Positions 1-9,625 of a stretch of DNA of 64,000 bases are shown one piece after another. Both the position numbers and the translations under genes were made by a program. The stretch spans positions 1-64,000 of the IMG/VR virus record IMGVR_UViG_3300028603_000021; one strand, given 5' to 3'. This DNA is from a virus. Lineage: Duplodnaviria > Caudoviricetes. The notes beneath the pieces are model-generated. The model made no database searches, was not told the DNA's origin, and was given only the letters and a program-made list of their open reading frames with translations. The first letter of the stretch is position 1. The number at the start of each line of letters is the position of its first letter.

Positions 1-52
1 CTGGTTGGTGTGGGGGGGGGGGGGGGGGGGGAACCGCCCCCCCCCTCACCGC

Positions 53-313
53 TCAGATGTAGGGGATACCGGGCAGTTCGCCCCCGTTCGCTTCCTTCAG
101 GGCGGCTACGGCAACCTTTGCCGCTGCAACCGCTGCCTCGTTCCGGAGGTCGGCCCGGTTCCCGGAAACGGCTTCCAGGATTCGAAGCGCCACGCGCACA
201 GCGTTGGCTTGCCGGGTACGGTGGTCGGCTGCCACCGCCTCAGCAACCTCGGCGGCATCGCGCACGGAAACCCGTGCGATAGTGTCGGCGGCGACTGTTG
301 CGGTATCGGTCAT
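53..313 (-). CDS. hypothetical early protein (paralog of 4222-4491)
   Basis: AGGAGG RBS; shares HRTxQANAVRVAL..DLRNEAAV..PYI with 4222-4491. Confidence 0.85.
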   Translation of the reverse strand: MTDTATVAADTIARVSVRDAAEVAEAVAADHRTRQANAVRVALRILEAVSGNRADLRNEAAVAAAKVAVAALKEANGGELPGIPYI

Positions 314-408
314 GTGTTGCCTCCTTGCGCAGGGGTGTTCCCTGCTGTCCTAATCATGGCACGTATTCGATCGGAGTGCAAGAGGGGCGGTTTCCCGCCC
401 CCCTCCGG

Positions 409-576
409 TTACCGGGCGGTTTCCGGTTCGACCCAAAACCTCTGCCCGGCTACCTGCCCCAATGTCTTGCAGAGGCGCTTCGCCCGTTCCTCTGCCTCCT
501 CCCTGCGGAGCCCCTTCATGTAGGGGAACGTAAGGGTCTTGTCTTTGCGTGAGGTGGTTACTATCTTGTAGGTCAT
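409..576 (-). CDS. small hypothetical protein, 55 aa (MTYKIVTTSRK..)
   Basis: Not in track; AGGAGGCAGGACATG RBS; TTGACA-17-TATAGT promoter upstream. Confidence 0.7.
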   Translation of the reverse strand: MTYKIVTTSRKDKTLTFPYMKGLRREEAEERAKRLCKTLGQVAGQRFWVEPETAR

Positions 577-594
577 GTCCTGCCTCCTGTCCTA

Positions 595-623
595 ACTATA
601 CGGCTAACCGAGCCGGGTGTCAA
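595..623 (-). promoter_or_regulatory. sigma70-type promoter, representative of many in 1-17 kb
   Basis: TTGACA(623-618)-N17-TATAGT. Confidence 0.8.
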
Positions 624-765
624 ACTCCCGGAGCGCCTTTCTCAGCGCGTCCTTACGGGTGCGACGGCGCTTGGTGCGCTTGTCGCGCTGTACCACCGTG
701 CCGCGCCCGGCTCCGAACTCGTGCCCCCGGGCATCACCCTCCCATTTCCTGTCCTCCTTTGCCAT
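604..765 (-). CDS. small basic (Arg/Lys-rich) protein
   Basis: Start moved to MAKEDRK after AGGAGG; promoter TTGACT-17-TACGAT. Confidence 0.7.
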   Translation of the reverse strand: MAKEDRKWEGDARGHEFGAGRGTVVQRDKRTKRRRTRKDALRKALREFDTRLG

Positions 766-856
766 AATCCCTCCTGGTACCATCGTATCGCTATCGAAAC
801 TATAAGTCAAACCCCGGCTAGAATCCCTGTGTAGGACGCCAGCCGGGGCGAAGAAC

Positions 857-1195
857 TTACCCCTTTACTACCTTCTGTATCGGGGTAACCGTGAAGGCGA
901 GTTCCGCCTGTAGCTCAGGGCTCAGCGCCTGAGCTGCCGCCGAAGACACCGAAATAAGCGTTGCCGCATCAAGTTCGGTGTGGTTGCGCAAAAGCGCTAA
1001 GATGCCACCGAGCCCCGTGACTTTGTAGGTGCGCTTCTCTTGCACCTGACGGATGTAACGGATGCCCGTGCTGGTAACTACCTCTTCGCCAGCATCAAGG
1101 GCGGCGTTTACTGCCTTGGACGCTACGGCTAGCTTCTTCTTGAGGTCGGCTTCTTGTTGCTTCAGGGCGGCGTAAGTGTCAGCAACCTTGGTCAT
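857..1195 (-). CDS. hypothetical protein (paralog of 4803-5147)
   Basis: Shared YAxLK.QEA.LKK.LA.AS..VNA.LD.G.EVVTS.G.RY.RQ..RTYKV.GL. Confidence 0.85.
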   Translation of the reverse strand: MTKVADTYAALKQQEADLKKKLAVASKAVNAALDAGEEVVTSTGIRYIRQVQEKRTYKVTGLGGILALLRNHTELDAATLISVSSAAAQALSPELQAELAFTVTPIQKVVKG

Positions 1196-1260
1196 GATGT
1201 TTCCCTTCACGGTAAGGGGTTGGTGCCCCTTGCCCTAAGACCATTGTCGCACGCCCGGAG

Positions 1261-1533
1261 CTAGTTTGCAAGCCACCCCGGGCGGATAACGTCGTAGCCG
1301 AGGTATTCTAGGGTTTCGACTATCCCCCGCTCTTCCCCGGCGGAGAGCATCGTAGAGTACCCGTGCTGTATCCCGAGGGTATCGCACGGGTACACGTGAG
1401 TTCCGCACTTGCCGTCGCGCTGTACTTCGTACAAGAGCACGTGCTCTTCGCCCCCGAAGGGAGAAGACAGGCGGTACTGTTCTATCAGCCTGCCTGGAAC
1501 CTTCTCTAGCGTTCGCACGTAGGTAGCGGTCAT
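1261..1533 (-). CDS. hypothetical protein
   Basis: GAGGGGG RBS before MTATY; co-oriented. Confidence 0.7.
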   Translation of the reverse strand: MTATYVRTLEKVPGRLIEQYRLSSPFGGEEHVLLYEVQRDGKCGTHVYPCDTLGIQHGYSTMLSAGEERGIVETLEYLGYDVIRPGWLAN

Positions 1534-1694
1534 TCTTCCCCCTCGTAGTCGAGCCACTCTAGCAGCGCCTCCATGTACGCTACCGGGTCACACTCACGGA
1601 GGATGTCAGCCGCCCGGTACTCTAGCACTCCTATCACCTTCGAACCGTATACTTCGTTTAGGAAATCAGAGAAACGTTCGGTCTGTTCAGGCAT
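1530..1694 (-). CDS. small acidic hypothetical protein (MPEQTERF..)
   Basis: AAGGAG RBS; ATGA overlap with downstream gene. Confidence 0.65.
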   Translation of the reverse strand: MPEQTERFSDFLNEVYGSKVIGVLEYRAADILRECDPVAYMEALLEWLDYEGEE

Positions 1695-1695
1695 G

Positions 1696-1953
1696 TCAGT
1701 TCTCCTTTACAATCAGTGCGCCGAAGTCAGAGTTGCCGACCACGTGCCAGGACTCGCCCTCGTCCACCGGCCAGAGCCTCGGGTACTCGCCCTCGCACCA
1801 GGACTTAGCGAGCGCCGTAGCCGCCGTCAGAGCCGATGGGAAGGTATCGTGCTCGGAAACCAGAAGGGGCGGTATCTTGTTGTGATTCGCGCCCAGGACA
1901 GCTTCGTAGACCTTGTACACAGTTCCCTCCGTTCTAGGGGGTGCCCCCTGCAC
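1696..1953 (-). CDS. hypothetical protein
   Basis: ORF track; true start probably internal after GAGGG. Confidence 0.6.
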   Translation of the reverse strand: MQGAPPRTEGTVYKVYEAVLGANHNKIPPLLVSEHDTFPSALTAATALAKSWCEGEYPRLWPVDEGESWHVVGNSDFGALIVKEN

Positions 1954-1980
1954 CTAAGCTAGCACAGGGGGCGAGAGAGG

Positions 1981-2214
1981 TCAACGGTTCGACAGCACCG
2001 CGAAGAAGTCGGCGGTATCGGTTGCCCATTCGATGTAACGGGCGAGAGCCTTGCCGTACTCCTTCCTAGGGTACTCAGAATGGTACTCCTCGGTGCCACG
2101 CTTCTCGTCGGAGAAGCGAACTAGCGTCACCGAGCATACCTTCTCGGTCACAGCGAGGGTGACCACGGCGAAGCGAGAACCGGCCTGCATCTTGATTTCA
2201 CGGTTAGGGGTCAT
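1981..2214 (-). CDS. hypothetical protein
   Basis: AGGAGG RBS and TTGACA promoter. Confidence 0.75.
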   Translation of the reverse strand: MTPNREIKMQAGSRFAVVTLAVTEKVCSVTLVRFSDEKRGTEEYHSEYPRKEYGKALARYIEWATDTADFFAVLSNR

Positions 2215-2814
2215 ATCTTGCCTCCTGGGGCCATTGTTGCACTCTAGCGCTTAGCTGTCAACGGCCTATGCTCATCTGGTACGCCGCTCTCGCTCACGTG
2301 TGACCTCGATATACCGGCACCAGTCTCTGTCTTCCTGAGAGTAGCCCTCGTCAGAGGGGGTTGTGTCGCGGGTGTAGAGAGTCCGTTGGTATTCGGCTTC
2401 TAGCTGTTCGTCTGTTAGTTCCTTGATGTTACGCATGGTCTTCCTCCTTGCTAAAATCTCTGCCGACTCTTCGTAGAACGGATCGTGTGTTACCTTCTTT
2501 GTCTAGCTCCTGTAACAGGATATCCGCGGTTACCAGGAGCTGCCCGAAGCGTTGGTTCGGATACTGTTCGACAGCCCGCGTTCGGCGTGCGTCATGTTCT
2601 GCCTCCTGTAGATAGCTTACAGCCCCGCCGACGATCTGTCAACAGGGCTGTAGTTTACTATTCTTCGTCCCACCCGTACCGGTCAAACTCCTCTTCTTCG
2701 TCCCAGTCTATTTCGTCGAAGAACTCTTCGTCGTCGGACTCGTACCGCTCTTCGTAAGCGGCTTCCAACCAGGTGTCCATAGCACCTCCTTACCTAACGA
2801 TACCAGGGCTAGGC

Positions 2815-3048
2815 TTAGGTGTCAAGCCTTTCGATAGCGCAGCTATTGACCAACCACCCGGTTTCATCGGACACGGCGTCTACGACATCCGCCGCTTCCT
2901 GGTCAGACAGCTCGTAACCGATATCATCTAGGTCTAGTTCGATTACCAGTGTAGTAGGAAGCGCATCTAGAGTTTCCTGCTCGTCCCGGTCCTGCTCGTC
3001 CCAGTCGGTCTCAGTATCGTATTCTATGTCTGTGACCCTGTACTTCAT
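2815..3048 (-). CDS. acidic hypothetical protein (paralog of 9626-9835)
   Basis: Y.VT.IE..T..LPT.L..D..SD.TGWLV.SCA.ER shared. Confidence 0.8.
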   Translation of the reverse strand: MKYRVTDIEYDTETDWDEQDRDEQETLDALPTTLVIELDLDDIGYELSDQEAADVVDAVSDETGWLVNSCAIERLDT

Positions 3049-3227
3049 TCCTTCTCTCCTCTCAGGAAAGACTCTACGTTGTCCTGGTAGACAACCCAGC
3101 TGCCGTCGCCCATAGAGTCGCTAGCTAGGTAGTAGCTTACCATGCCGTCCTTTACGTAGACAACCCCCGGCTCTCTGTGAACTTTTGGGTTAGTCTCTGC
3201 CAGGGCGAAAACTTCCTGTAGCGTCAT
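3045..3227 (-). CDS. hypothetical protein
   Basis: ATGA-coupled on both sides. Confidence 0.7.
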   Translation of the reverse strand: MTLQEVFALAETNPKVHREPGVVYVKDGMVSYYLASDSMGDGSWVVYQDNVESFLRGEKE

Positions 3228-3478
3228 TCTAGACCCTCTTCCCGGGCGATTGCATCCGCTGCCCTACCTACAGTTGTACCACGTTTGTACCAGGAGCGCA
3301 AGGGGTACTCGTGAACTTCATCTAAACCCTTGCCGTAGCGGTCTATCAGGGTGTACTCTACACGTTCTACGAACTCGAAGAAAAGCAGGTTCTGTTCCAG
3401 TTCCATTACCCTCTCCTTAGCCCAGGGGGTTAGCGCCCCCGGTAAGACCAGCTTATACCAGGGGCGCTGTGCTGTCAA
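3224..3478 (-). CDS. hypothetical protein
   Basis: Coupled overlaps with neighbours. Confidence 0.7.
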   Translation of the reverse strand: MTAQRPWYKLVLPGALTPWAKERVMELEQNLLFFEFVERVEYTLIDRYGKGLDEVHEYPLRSWYKRGTTVGRAADAIAREEGLE

Positions 3479-3774
3479 CCCTCGTCGCGCCTAGCGTCGT
3501 AGGCGTAGTCCGAGTCGTATCCGGCGGTTACACGCCCTTCGACTTCTTCGACGTGATGGGCGTACCAGTCAGCCTCTGCCGTGGCGTAGAGTTCGGGCAG
3601 GTATTCCCGGATGAAATCCGCCGGGGCAAGCTCTACATCAAGCAGGTCAGGGATGTAGAGGGCAACATACTGCTCGTTGCTCTGGTCGTTGAGGTAGTTC
3701 TCGAAAAGGCCGGTGAGGTCTTCCTCACAGTGAACTTCATCGTAGCTGCCGATAGTGTAGCGGAAGTTTGCCAT
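3475..3774 (-). CDS. acidic hypothetical protein
   Basis: AAGGAG RBS. Confidence 0.75.
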   Translation of the reverse strand: MANFRYTIGSYDEVHCEEDLTGLFENYLNDQSNEQYVALYIPDLLDVELAPADFIREYLPELYATAEADWYAHHVEEVEGRVTAGYDSDYAYDARRDEG

Positions 3775-3841
3775 GTGCTGCTCCTTCGCCGGGGCTGCTT
3801 GCCCCCGATGTCTGTAGCTTACACCGGGGGCGGTTCGGTTG

Positions 3842-4027
3842 TCAACCCTCTAGGGCTCTGTGAGCCGCTTCCTCCGGGCTAACGCCGTCCCGTACCATCC
3901 CGTACCAGTCCTGGTCAGGAAGGTCGTTGCTGGTGAGCCCTATAAGGTCTAGGAGGATATCATCCACCTGTCCCAGGAAGAACTCTACTGCGTTATCTAG
4001 AGCCTCTGCACGTGAACCTTCGTACAT
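3842..4027 (-). CDS. acidic hypothetical protein (LPD..W....DG.SP.EAA type)
   Basis: AGGAGGTAGGACATG RBS; similar to small ORFs at 5674-6035 and ~38360-38545. Confidence 0.75.
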   Translation of the reverse strand: MYEGSRAEALDNAVEFFLGQVDDILLDLIGLTSNDLPDQDWYGMVRDGVSPEEAAHRALEG

Positions 4028-4221
4028 GTCCTACCTCCTTACCTCATAGTACCAGAGCTGTGGCGGGGTGTCAAACTACTAGAGTCCGGTTATCGCCCCC
4101 TACCGGCGCTAGGCTCGGCTTCGGGGTTACACACCGGATTCTTCACTAAGAAGACCTTCATAGCTTACGGGTTAGGGGTGTTTGTAAAGGGGCGAGGAGT
4201 TACCCCGCCCCCCCCTTCTCC

Positions 4222-4491
4222 TCAGATGTAAGGAACTCCCGGCATGTAGCCGTCGTTAGCGTCCTTCAGCGCTTTGACGGCGGTCGCGGCGTGCCGCACA
4301 GCTGCCTCGTTGCGGAGGTCGAACTCGCTGGAGGAGACGGCCTCCAGAATGGCGAGAGCTACCCTCACCGCGTTGGCTTGATGCGTGCGGTGACCGTTGG
4401 CGACTACCTGGGCGACCTCCTGAGCGTCCCCCTGAGAGAGCCGTGAGAGCTGGCGTGCGGCGGAGAGAGCGGATAGCGTAACTTCGTTCAT
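4222..4491 (-). CDS. hypothetical protein (paralog of 53-313)
   Basis: RBS, promoter, paralogy. Confidence 0.85.
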   Translation of the reverse strand: MNEVTLSALSAARQLSRLSQGDAQEVAQVVANGHRTHQANAVRVALAILEAVSSSEFDLRNEAAVRHAATAVKALKDANDGYMPGVPYI

Positions 4492-4535
4492 GTCTTACCT
4501 CCTGAGGGTAGTCTAACCCGGAACAGATCCGGGTG

Positions 4536-4724
4536 TCAACCCGGAACCTGTTCCATGAGGTCTGCCCATTCCTGGTGGCCTTGCACGGCGTGGTCGGCGT
4601 AGACGTACCGCTCTACGACTTCGCTGCCACCGTCCGTGAAGAACAAGCAGGTTTCGAAGAGCGTCCTGCCCAGCTGTACAGTGCTAACGAGAGCGGCGTC
4701 GGTCTGAGTGCGAAGCTGTTCCAT
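4536..4724 (-). CDS. hypothetical protein
   Basis: AGGAGGTAGG RBS; VSTV..FET..F..ERY..A..GH motif seen in phage proteins. Confidence 0.7.
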   Translation of the reverse strand: MEQLRTQTDAALVSTVQLGRTLFETCLFFTDGGSEVVERYVYADHAVQGHQEWADLMEQVPG

Positions 4725-4802
4725 ATCCTACCTCCTAAGATCAATATACCGTAGCTGGTGGTGGGTGTCAAGGGAGAGGCCGAAGCCCCTCCCCTGCGAT
4801 GC

Positions 4803-5147
4803 TTACCGGCCTACGACTATCTTATCTACCGGCTTGGTGGTGAAGGTGAGCTGCTCTTGGAGAGCTTCTGGCAGCTTCTGGACGGCGGCGGCTTTGACGG
4901 AGAGGAACGAGGCGGCATCGATGTTAGGGTTGTTACGTATGAAGGCCAAGATACCCTTCAGGCCGCTGACCTTGTAGGTGCGAGGGTACGCGGTCTGACG
5001 TACGTACCGGACTCCATCGGACGTGACTACCTCCTTACCCTCGTCCAGCAGAGCGTTTACCTTCTCGGACGCGGCGGCCAGCGCCTTCTTGAGTGCGGCT
5101 TCTTGGGTCTTAAGGTCGGCGTAGTGGTCTGCAACAGCTTGGTTCAT
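4803..5147 (-). CDS. hypothetical protein (paralog of 857-1195)
   Basis: RBS, promoter, paralogy. Confidence 0.85.
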   Translation of the reverse strand: MNQAVADHYADLKTQEAALKKALAAASEKVNALLDEGKEVVTSDGVRYVRQTAYPRTYKVSGLKGILAFIRNNPNIDAASFLSVKAAAVQKLPEALQEQLTFTTKPVDKIVVGR

Positions 5148-5230
5148 GTCCTACCTCCTGTACCTAGCTTACCGTGAGGTTACCTAGAAGTCAAAGAGGT
5201 GCCCCGGCTGCTACACCGGGGCGGTCAAAG

Positions 5231-5425
5231 TTAAGCGCGGAAGTGACGGCCTGGTAGCAGGGCGCTCACGTGGTCGAAGGTGCCGGTGTCACGTAGGACT
5301 TGCTGCGATACCCGCACACGCTGTCCTGGCGTGCCTGGGTAGTATGCTGCCCACCCCTCTGTGCTGTCTAGCACTATCACGAAGGTGCCGTGGTCGAGAA
5401 CATCGATGGTGAAAGCGTCCGTCAT
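5231..5425 (-). CDS. hypothetical protein
   Basis: Start moved to MTDAF after AGGAGG. Confidence 0.7.
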   Translation of the reverse strand: MTDAFTIDVLDHGTFVIVLDSTEGWAAYYPGTPGQRVRVSQQVLRDTGTFDHVSALLPGRHFRA

Positions 5426-5673
5426 CGTCTTACCTCCTACAAACAATCTATCATAGGTGTGCCCGAGCGTCAAACCCGGGCACCTAGCTCTATGCGAAGA
5501 CTATCAACCAGTAGACGAACGCTGCCACCAGCAGGGCTAGACCGAGGAAGCCCGTGAGGGACGTTAGGAAGCCCCTCATCAGTCGATGTGCGTCCAGGTG
5601 TAGCCTTCGAAGCCCGGCATCAGCTCACTCACCTTCTCGATGTAGGCGTGGCACAGTGCCTCCTTCGTCTTGT

Positions 5674-5871
5674 CTACCATGTGTACCTTTCTGGCACGGG
5701 GCGCTCACGGAAGAACACGTGGTCTACAGCGTACCCCCACGCGATGTGGGGAGGGGTTCCGTCCTCCCACATAACCCTGTAGTTCAGCCTAGGAGGAGTA
5801 CCATACTTCAAGCCGAGGTGTGCCTCTAGCCGCATCTTCACGTCTTCCATCCACTCTTCGAAGGTTACCAT
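5674..5871 (-). CDS. hypothetical protein
   Basis: ORF track; RBS-like GGAG. Confidence 0.7.
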   Translation of the reverse strand: MVTFEEWMEDVKMRLEAHLGLKYGTPPRLNYRVMWEDGTPPHIAWGYAVDHVFFRERPVPERYTW

Positions 5872-6066
5872 TCTGCATCCTCTCCGTAAGGTGTGCGAAG
5901 CGCAACCTCTGCCGCTTCACGCGGGGTAAAACCGTTCTCCCACATAAGGGGATAGTTCGTATCTGGAAGTTCGCTAGCTCCTGCTAGTGCTAGAGCTTCT
6001 GTGTCTACCTGTTTACGCCAAGTGTCGAAGTCCATGTCTGCATTATACCGGCCAGGAGCCGGGGCG

Positions 6067-6561
6067 TCAACACCCGGCGTAGTCTATCACCTTTCGGCTG
6101 ACGGTGATGTTAGACACGCTTATGTCAGCATCTACCCACGGGATGCCCATACGCTTGTAGCGCTTAGTAAGCTCGTCGTATGCCCAGTTCATGAAACCAT
6201 CGTAAGAATCGTCGTAGGTAAACTTCCTAGCGGCATACAAAGTCCTTCCTGCATATTCCATGAGCAGGATATCTTTCTCTATCCCGAGAACACGGGCAAG
6301 GTGACTACGAAGCTTGCCGCGAGAACTCTTCCACAGGTTGTACTCTCGGAAGTTATGCTCTACTCCCTCGCTGTCTAGGGGGACTTTATAGACAACATTC
6401 TCGTGCAGGAACGCAGCCCTGAAGCTCCCGTTACCGATAAACTTGATACGAAGCCTCTTTGCTACATCTTTCAGAGCTTTCTCGATACCGTAGAGTTCTC
6501 CGTCATCCTCCCTGCACTCGTCTGCTGCATCGTCTACCAGAGTCTTGAGCTTGTCTAGCAT
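6067..6561 (-). CDS. minimal Ser/Thr protein kinase-like protein
   Basis: Gly loop IGNGSFR, VVYK lysine, N..EY helix, LLMEYA hinge, D..xxN and terminal IDYA. Confidence 0.7.
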   Translation of the reverse strand: MLDKLKTLVDDAADECREDDGELYGIEKALKDVAKRLRIKFIGNGSFRAAFLHENVVYKVPLDSEGVEHNFREYNLWKSSRGKLRSHLARVLGIEKDILLMEYAGRTLYAARKFTYDDSYDGFMNWAYDELTKRYKRMGIPWVDADISVSNITVSRKVIDYAGC

Positions 6562-6629
6562 GTCCTACCTCCTGAGAAAAGTCTACCGCTTTAGCCTACA
6601 GGTGTCAACCCGTGCATCCACAGTAGAGT

Positions 6630-6899
6630 CTACCCGTCAAGGCCTAGGTCGTCTATAAAAGAGTCTAGACCCTCTAGCTTCTCGATACAGATTTCCGTAT
6701 CATCAGCACTGTAGGCATATGTACCGTACTTGTCTAGATTTTCAGACCTGTCTAGGACACGGTTACCATCTCTTACGGCGGCGCGGTTCACAGCGTCTAG
6801 CAGCCTAGCCGCACCCTCTTTGGCCTCTGACCAGGATTTATACACATCTACTGTGTGGGTGTACTCAAACCCGTCGCAGTAAGTCAGTACGTAGCTCAC
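6630..6899 (-). CDS. hypothetical protein
   Basis: ORF track, co-oriented. Confidence 0.7.
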   Translation of the reverse strand: MSYVLTYCDGFEYTHTVDVYKSWSEAKEGAARLLDAVNRAAVRDGNRVLDRSENLDKYGTYAYSADDTEICIEKLEGLDSFIDDLGLDG

Positions 6900-6902
6900 A
6901 GT

Positions 6903-7151
6903 CTACTCGTCCTCCCAGTCTAGCTCAATCTCAAACGGCCCGTTCCACTTGCGAATCCACTTTGGCGCGTTGGCGTGAAGTCGAAGGTCGTCAATCTCAT
7001 AGCTGTCGGGAGAGAGCGCCTCTCCCGTGTCAGGGTCGGTGGCGTCTTCCTCGCTCACGTAGAACTCGGTTTCACCTAACGGCTCGGCGGGGTATGCCTC
7101 GCGGTCTCTGCGGCCTACCCATACTTGTGGGATGAACGTGACTTTAACCAT
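6903..7151 (-). CDS. hypothetical protein
   Basis: AAGGAGG RBS; APKWIRKWNGPFEI motif. Confidence 0.75.
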   Translation of the reverse strand: MVKVTFIPQVWVGRRDREAYPAEPLGETEFYVSEEDATDPDTGEALSPDSYEIDDLRLHANAPKWIRKWNGPFEIELDWEDE

Positions 7152-7223
7152 GTGTATTGCCTCCTTAGGAGTATATTATCAGCTGCCCGAGCATGAAGTC
7201 AACCTGCTAGCCTAACAAACACA

Positions 7224-7415
7224 CTATAGCCTTTCGCCCCCGTCCGGTTCGTAGTAAGAGTCAAACGGGGCATCACAGGCTTCTACAAATTCCTCATCAC
7301 TCAGCTCGTTGACACGTCGTAGAAGCGCTTCTCTGAGTTCGCCTCCAGTCAGGTCTTCCCCGTGGGGGTTGCTAGACTTTACTTCGAAAGCTATCGTAAA
7401 CGCATGGTTGTACAT
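7224..7415 (-). CDS. hypothetical protein
   Basis: Start at MYNHAF after AAGGAGG. Confidence 0.7.
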   Translation of the reverse strand: MYNHAFTIAFEVKSSNPHGEDLTGGELREALLRRVNELSDEEFVEACDAPFDSYYEPDGGERL

Positions 7416-7459
7416 GTTCTTCCTCCTTGTATCTACTATACCGCCCGGAGGCGGGGGTG

Positions 7460-8071
7460 TCAAACCCCCACCGTTGCTATTGCGTGCAGGCGTGACACGT
7501 AGTCACCGCTGTCAAACTGCGTCTTGTACTTATCAGCTACAAAGTCGCACCAATCGTTCCACCAAGCCTCAGAAGTCTTTACCGATTGTATGGCAAGGTA
7601 CTGCTCACGCTTGTTGCGAGTCTTACCGGCCACAGCCTTACGGTCTAGGCCTAGCTCGCGTAGGTTATGAACGTCGATACACCCCAGCTCGTTGTAGAGC
7701 ATCTGTACGGCGAAGGCACCCTTTACCATACCTAGCCCGGGAACCGTGTCTAGGAGAAGGTTCCAGAAGCTCACCGCGTCCATCGTAAGAAAGTGCTTAT
7801 AGAGCGAGTCACGTGAAGCTATCACGCTCTGCGTCCATGCCAGCTTAGCTCCGGTCATGGCAGCCCCCATGTAGCTCTTGTCGGCAAGGGTAAGGTCGCC
7901 GTAGCTAAGGGTAAGGAAGCTCGTTCCTTGGGCGCGAATCCACAGGGCGGCGTTTACAGCGTGGCGAAGGGGTGCGTTGGCAGTGACGATTGCGAACACT
8001 AGCACACGTGCCATGACTTCGGGGGACTTGAGAGCTTCGGTGCGGATGTGAACTGCGTCTCTCTTGAACAT
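7460..8071 (-). CDS. HhH-superfamily DNA glycosylase-like protein
   Basis: HhH motif VPGLGMVKG followed by CIDVH (catalytic Asp position). Confidence 0.6.
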   Translation of the reverse strand: MFKRDAVHIRTEALKSPEVMARVLVFAIVTANAPLRHAVNAALWIRAQGTSFLTLSYGDLTLADKSYMGAAMTGAKLAWTQSVIASRDSLYKHFLTMDAVSFWNLLLDTVPGLGMVKGAFAVQMLYNELGCIDVHNLRELGLDRKAVAGKTRNKREQYLAIQSVKTSEAWWNDWCDFVADKYKTQFDSGDYVSRLHAIATVGV

Positions 8072-8101
8072 GCCTCACTGTACCCTTCTTTGCGCCAGTT
8101 G

Positions 8102-8296
8102 TCAACCCTGGAAGGTCATTTCCACAGAGCTTACACGTGCGTGCTTCCACTCGCTGGTGCCCTTGTTCTCCTCACAGGCTCTAGCGTGCTTCTTAGCTAG
8201 CTCCTCACTCTTGTAGAGGATACCTGTGTTGTATGCATAGCGTAGGCCGTTCGTGATTTCCTCTACGGTTATCACGTAGAACTTCTCACCCATCAT
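8102..8296 (-). CDS. hypothetical protein
   Basis: GAGGA RBS. Confidence 0.65.
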   Translation of the reverse strand: MMGEKFYVITVEEITNGLRYAYNTGILYKSEELAKKHARACEENKGTSEWKHARVSSVEMTFQG

Positions 8297-8621
8297 CTTC
8301 TTCCTCCTCTAGCCAGAAATCTTCTACAATGCCTTCGTCATCGAATTTCGGATGGTAGTAGTTATAGTCTTCGATGTCGAAGCGATTCTCGTAATCATCC
8401 TCGAAGCGACCGTCGTAGTCCATGACTTCCTCCTTGCTTCCATCTTACCTTCTGCTGCTCAGCCCGTCAAGCTGGATTTTTCCCAGCGACGGCTGCTAGA
8501 ATGACCACGTGGGAAAGACACGAAAGAAACAGAAAAGCGAAGATCGAAACAAGAAGCCTAAGTACGACCCCAAGGAAAGGAGAGACGTAAAGAAGAAACT
8601 CCGTGAGGTCGTACCGAAAGG

Positions 8622-8876
8622 CTAGTCGAACGTAAGTAGTATGCTGCCTTCAAGCTCTAGCTCCTCGTCCTCTAGGAGCCTGTAAGCGTCGATGTGAAGG
8701 CCATCAGCCGTGTGCGCTAGCTTGACATCAAAACCTAGTCCTGGATGCTGCTCTACACGTATCCAGGCCATTTTATTTTCTCCTAGAACGAAGGACGTTC
8801 CGTCTGTATCATCATCACGCACAAGTGTTGGCGCTTCAATCACCACGTCATTCTCAGGATTAATACTCATCTTCAT
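8622..8876 (-). CDS. hypothetical protein
   Basis: AAGGAGG RBS. Confidence 0.7.
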   Translation of the reverse strand: MKMSINPENDVVIEAPTLVRDDDTDGTSFVLGENKMAWIRVEQHPGLGFDVKLAHTADGLHIDAYRLLEDEELELEGSILLTFD

Positions 8877-9007
8877 CCTCCTTGTAATGTAGTATGGGCA
8901 TCAACTTACTCTGTTCCCACACCTCTAGGGCATCCTCGTAGGAGGTGACAAGCCGCGCATGTCCTCCAGTAGGTTCAGTGCGTCATCAATAGTGTCTCGG
9001 TCTACGC

Positions 9008-9418
9008 TCATGCTTCACTCCTTCGGTAAACTGCCTCACCGTTACTGAACCGGCCCACAAGTTCCAAGCAATCGAAGTTAGCGTGGAGCAGCTGGCGGAA
9101 CTCCTCGACCCTCTCCGCGCACCAGTTCTCGTTATCCTCTAGCTCTTCTTCGTCGTACCCTTCCTTAGCTACAAGGTTCACACTTGCCAAGTTGGAGTAA
9201 GTGTACACTACTACCTCTGCGCGGTCGTTCTCCAAGAGTATCCTTCCTTCCCTACCGTGCCACCCATCAGCAAACTCTAGGTCGTCATAGTAGTGCTGAA
9301 GTACCCCCGCCAAGTCCAGTAAGAAGTCTGCCCATCCGTCCGAGTAGTCGGAGTATTCCTCCACGTCCACGTACACCACAGCAGCGGCGTAAGGATGGGT
9401 GCCCACACTTCGTCCCAT
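9008..9418 (-). CDS. hypothetical phage protein
   Basis: MGRSV.. start and C-terminal FSNGEAVY motif; GGAGG RBS. Confidence 0.75.
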   Translation of the reverse strand: MGRSVGTHPYAAAVVYVDVEEYSDYSDGWADFLLDLAGVLQHYYDDLEFADGWHGREGRILLENDRAEVVVYTYSNLASVNLVAKEGYDEEELEDNENWCAERVEEFRQLLHANFDCLELVGRFSNGEAVYRRSEA

Positions 9419-9625
9419 CAGTCGTCCTCCACTTCTTCGCCACCCTCGATGTAAGTGTACTCCACCTTGTCGCCCCCATCATAAAGTTCTACGCCAGCAG
9501 TCGCAGACATTAGTATCTCCAACGCCTCCTCACTAGAGTCTGCGCGTACTGCAAAAGTCATGTCGAACACATACTTACTCATCTGTTTCCTCCTTGACTA
9601 AGAATAGCACTTCGGTCTCAGGTCG

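Noticed and set aside
12-45. Poly-G/poly-C run as a special terminal structure
   Set aside because: A similar G/C hairpin follows the paralogous gene at ~4188-4214, and long G runs at contig ends are often artefacts; cannot be resolved from this sequence.
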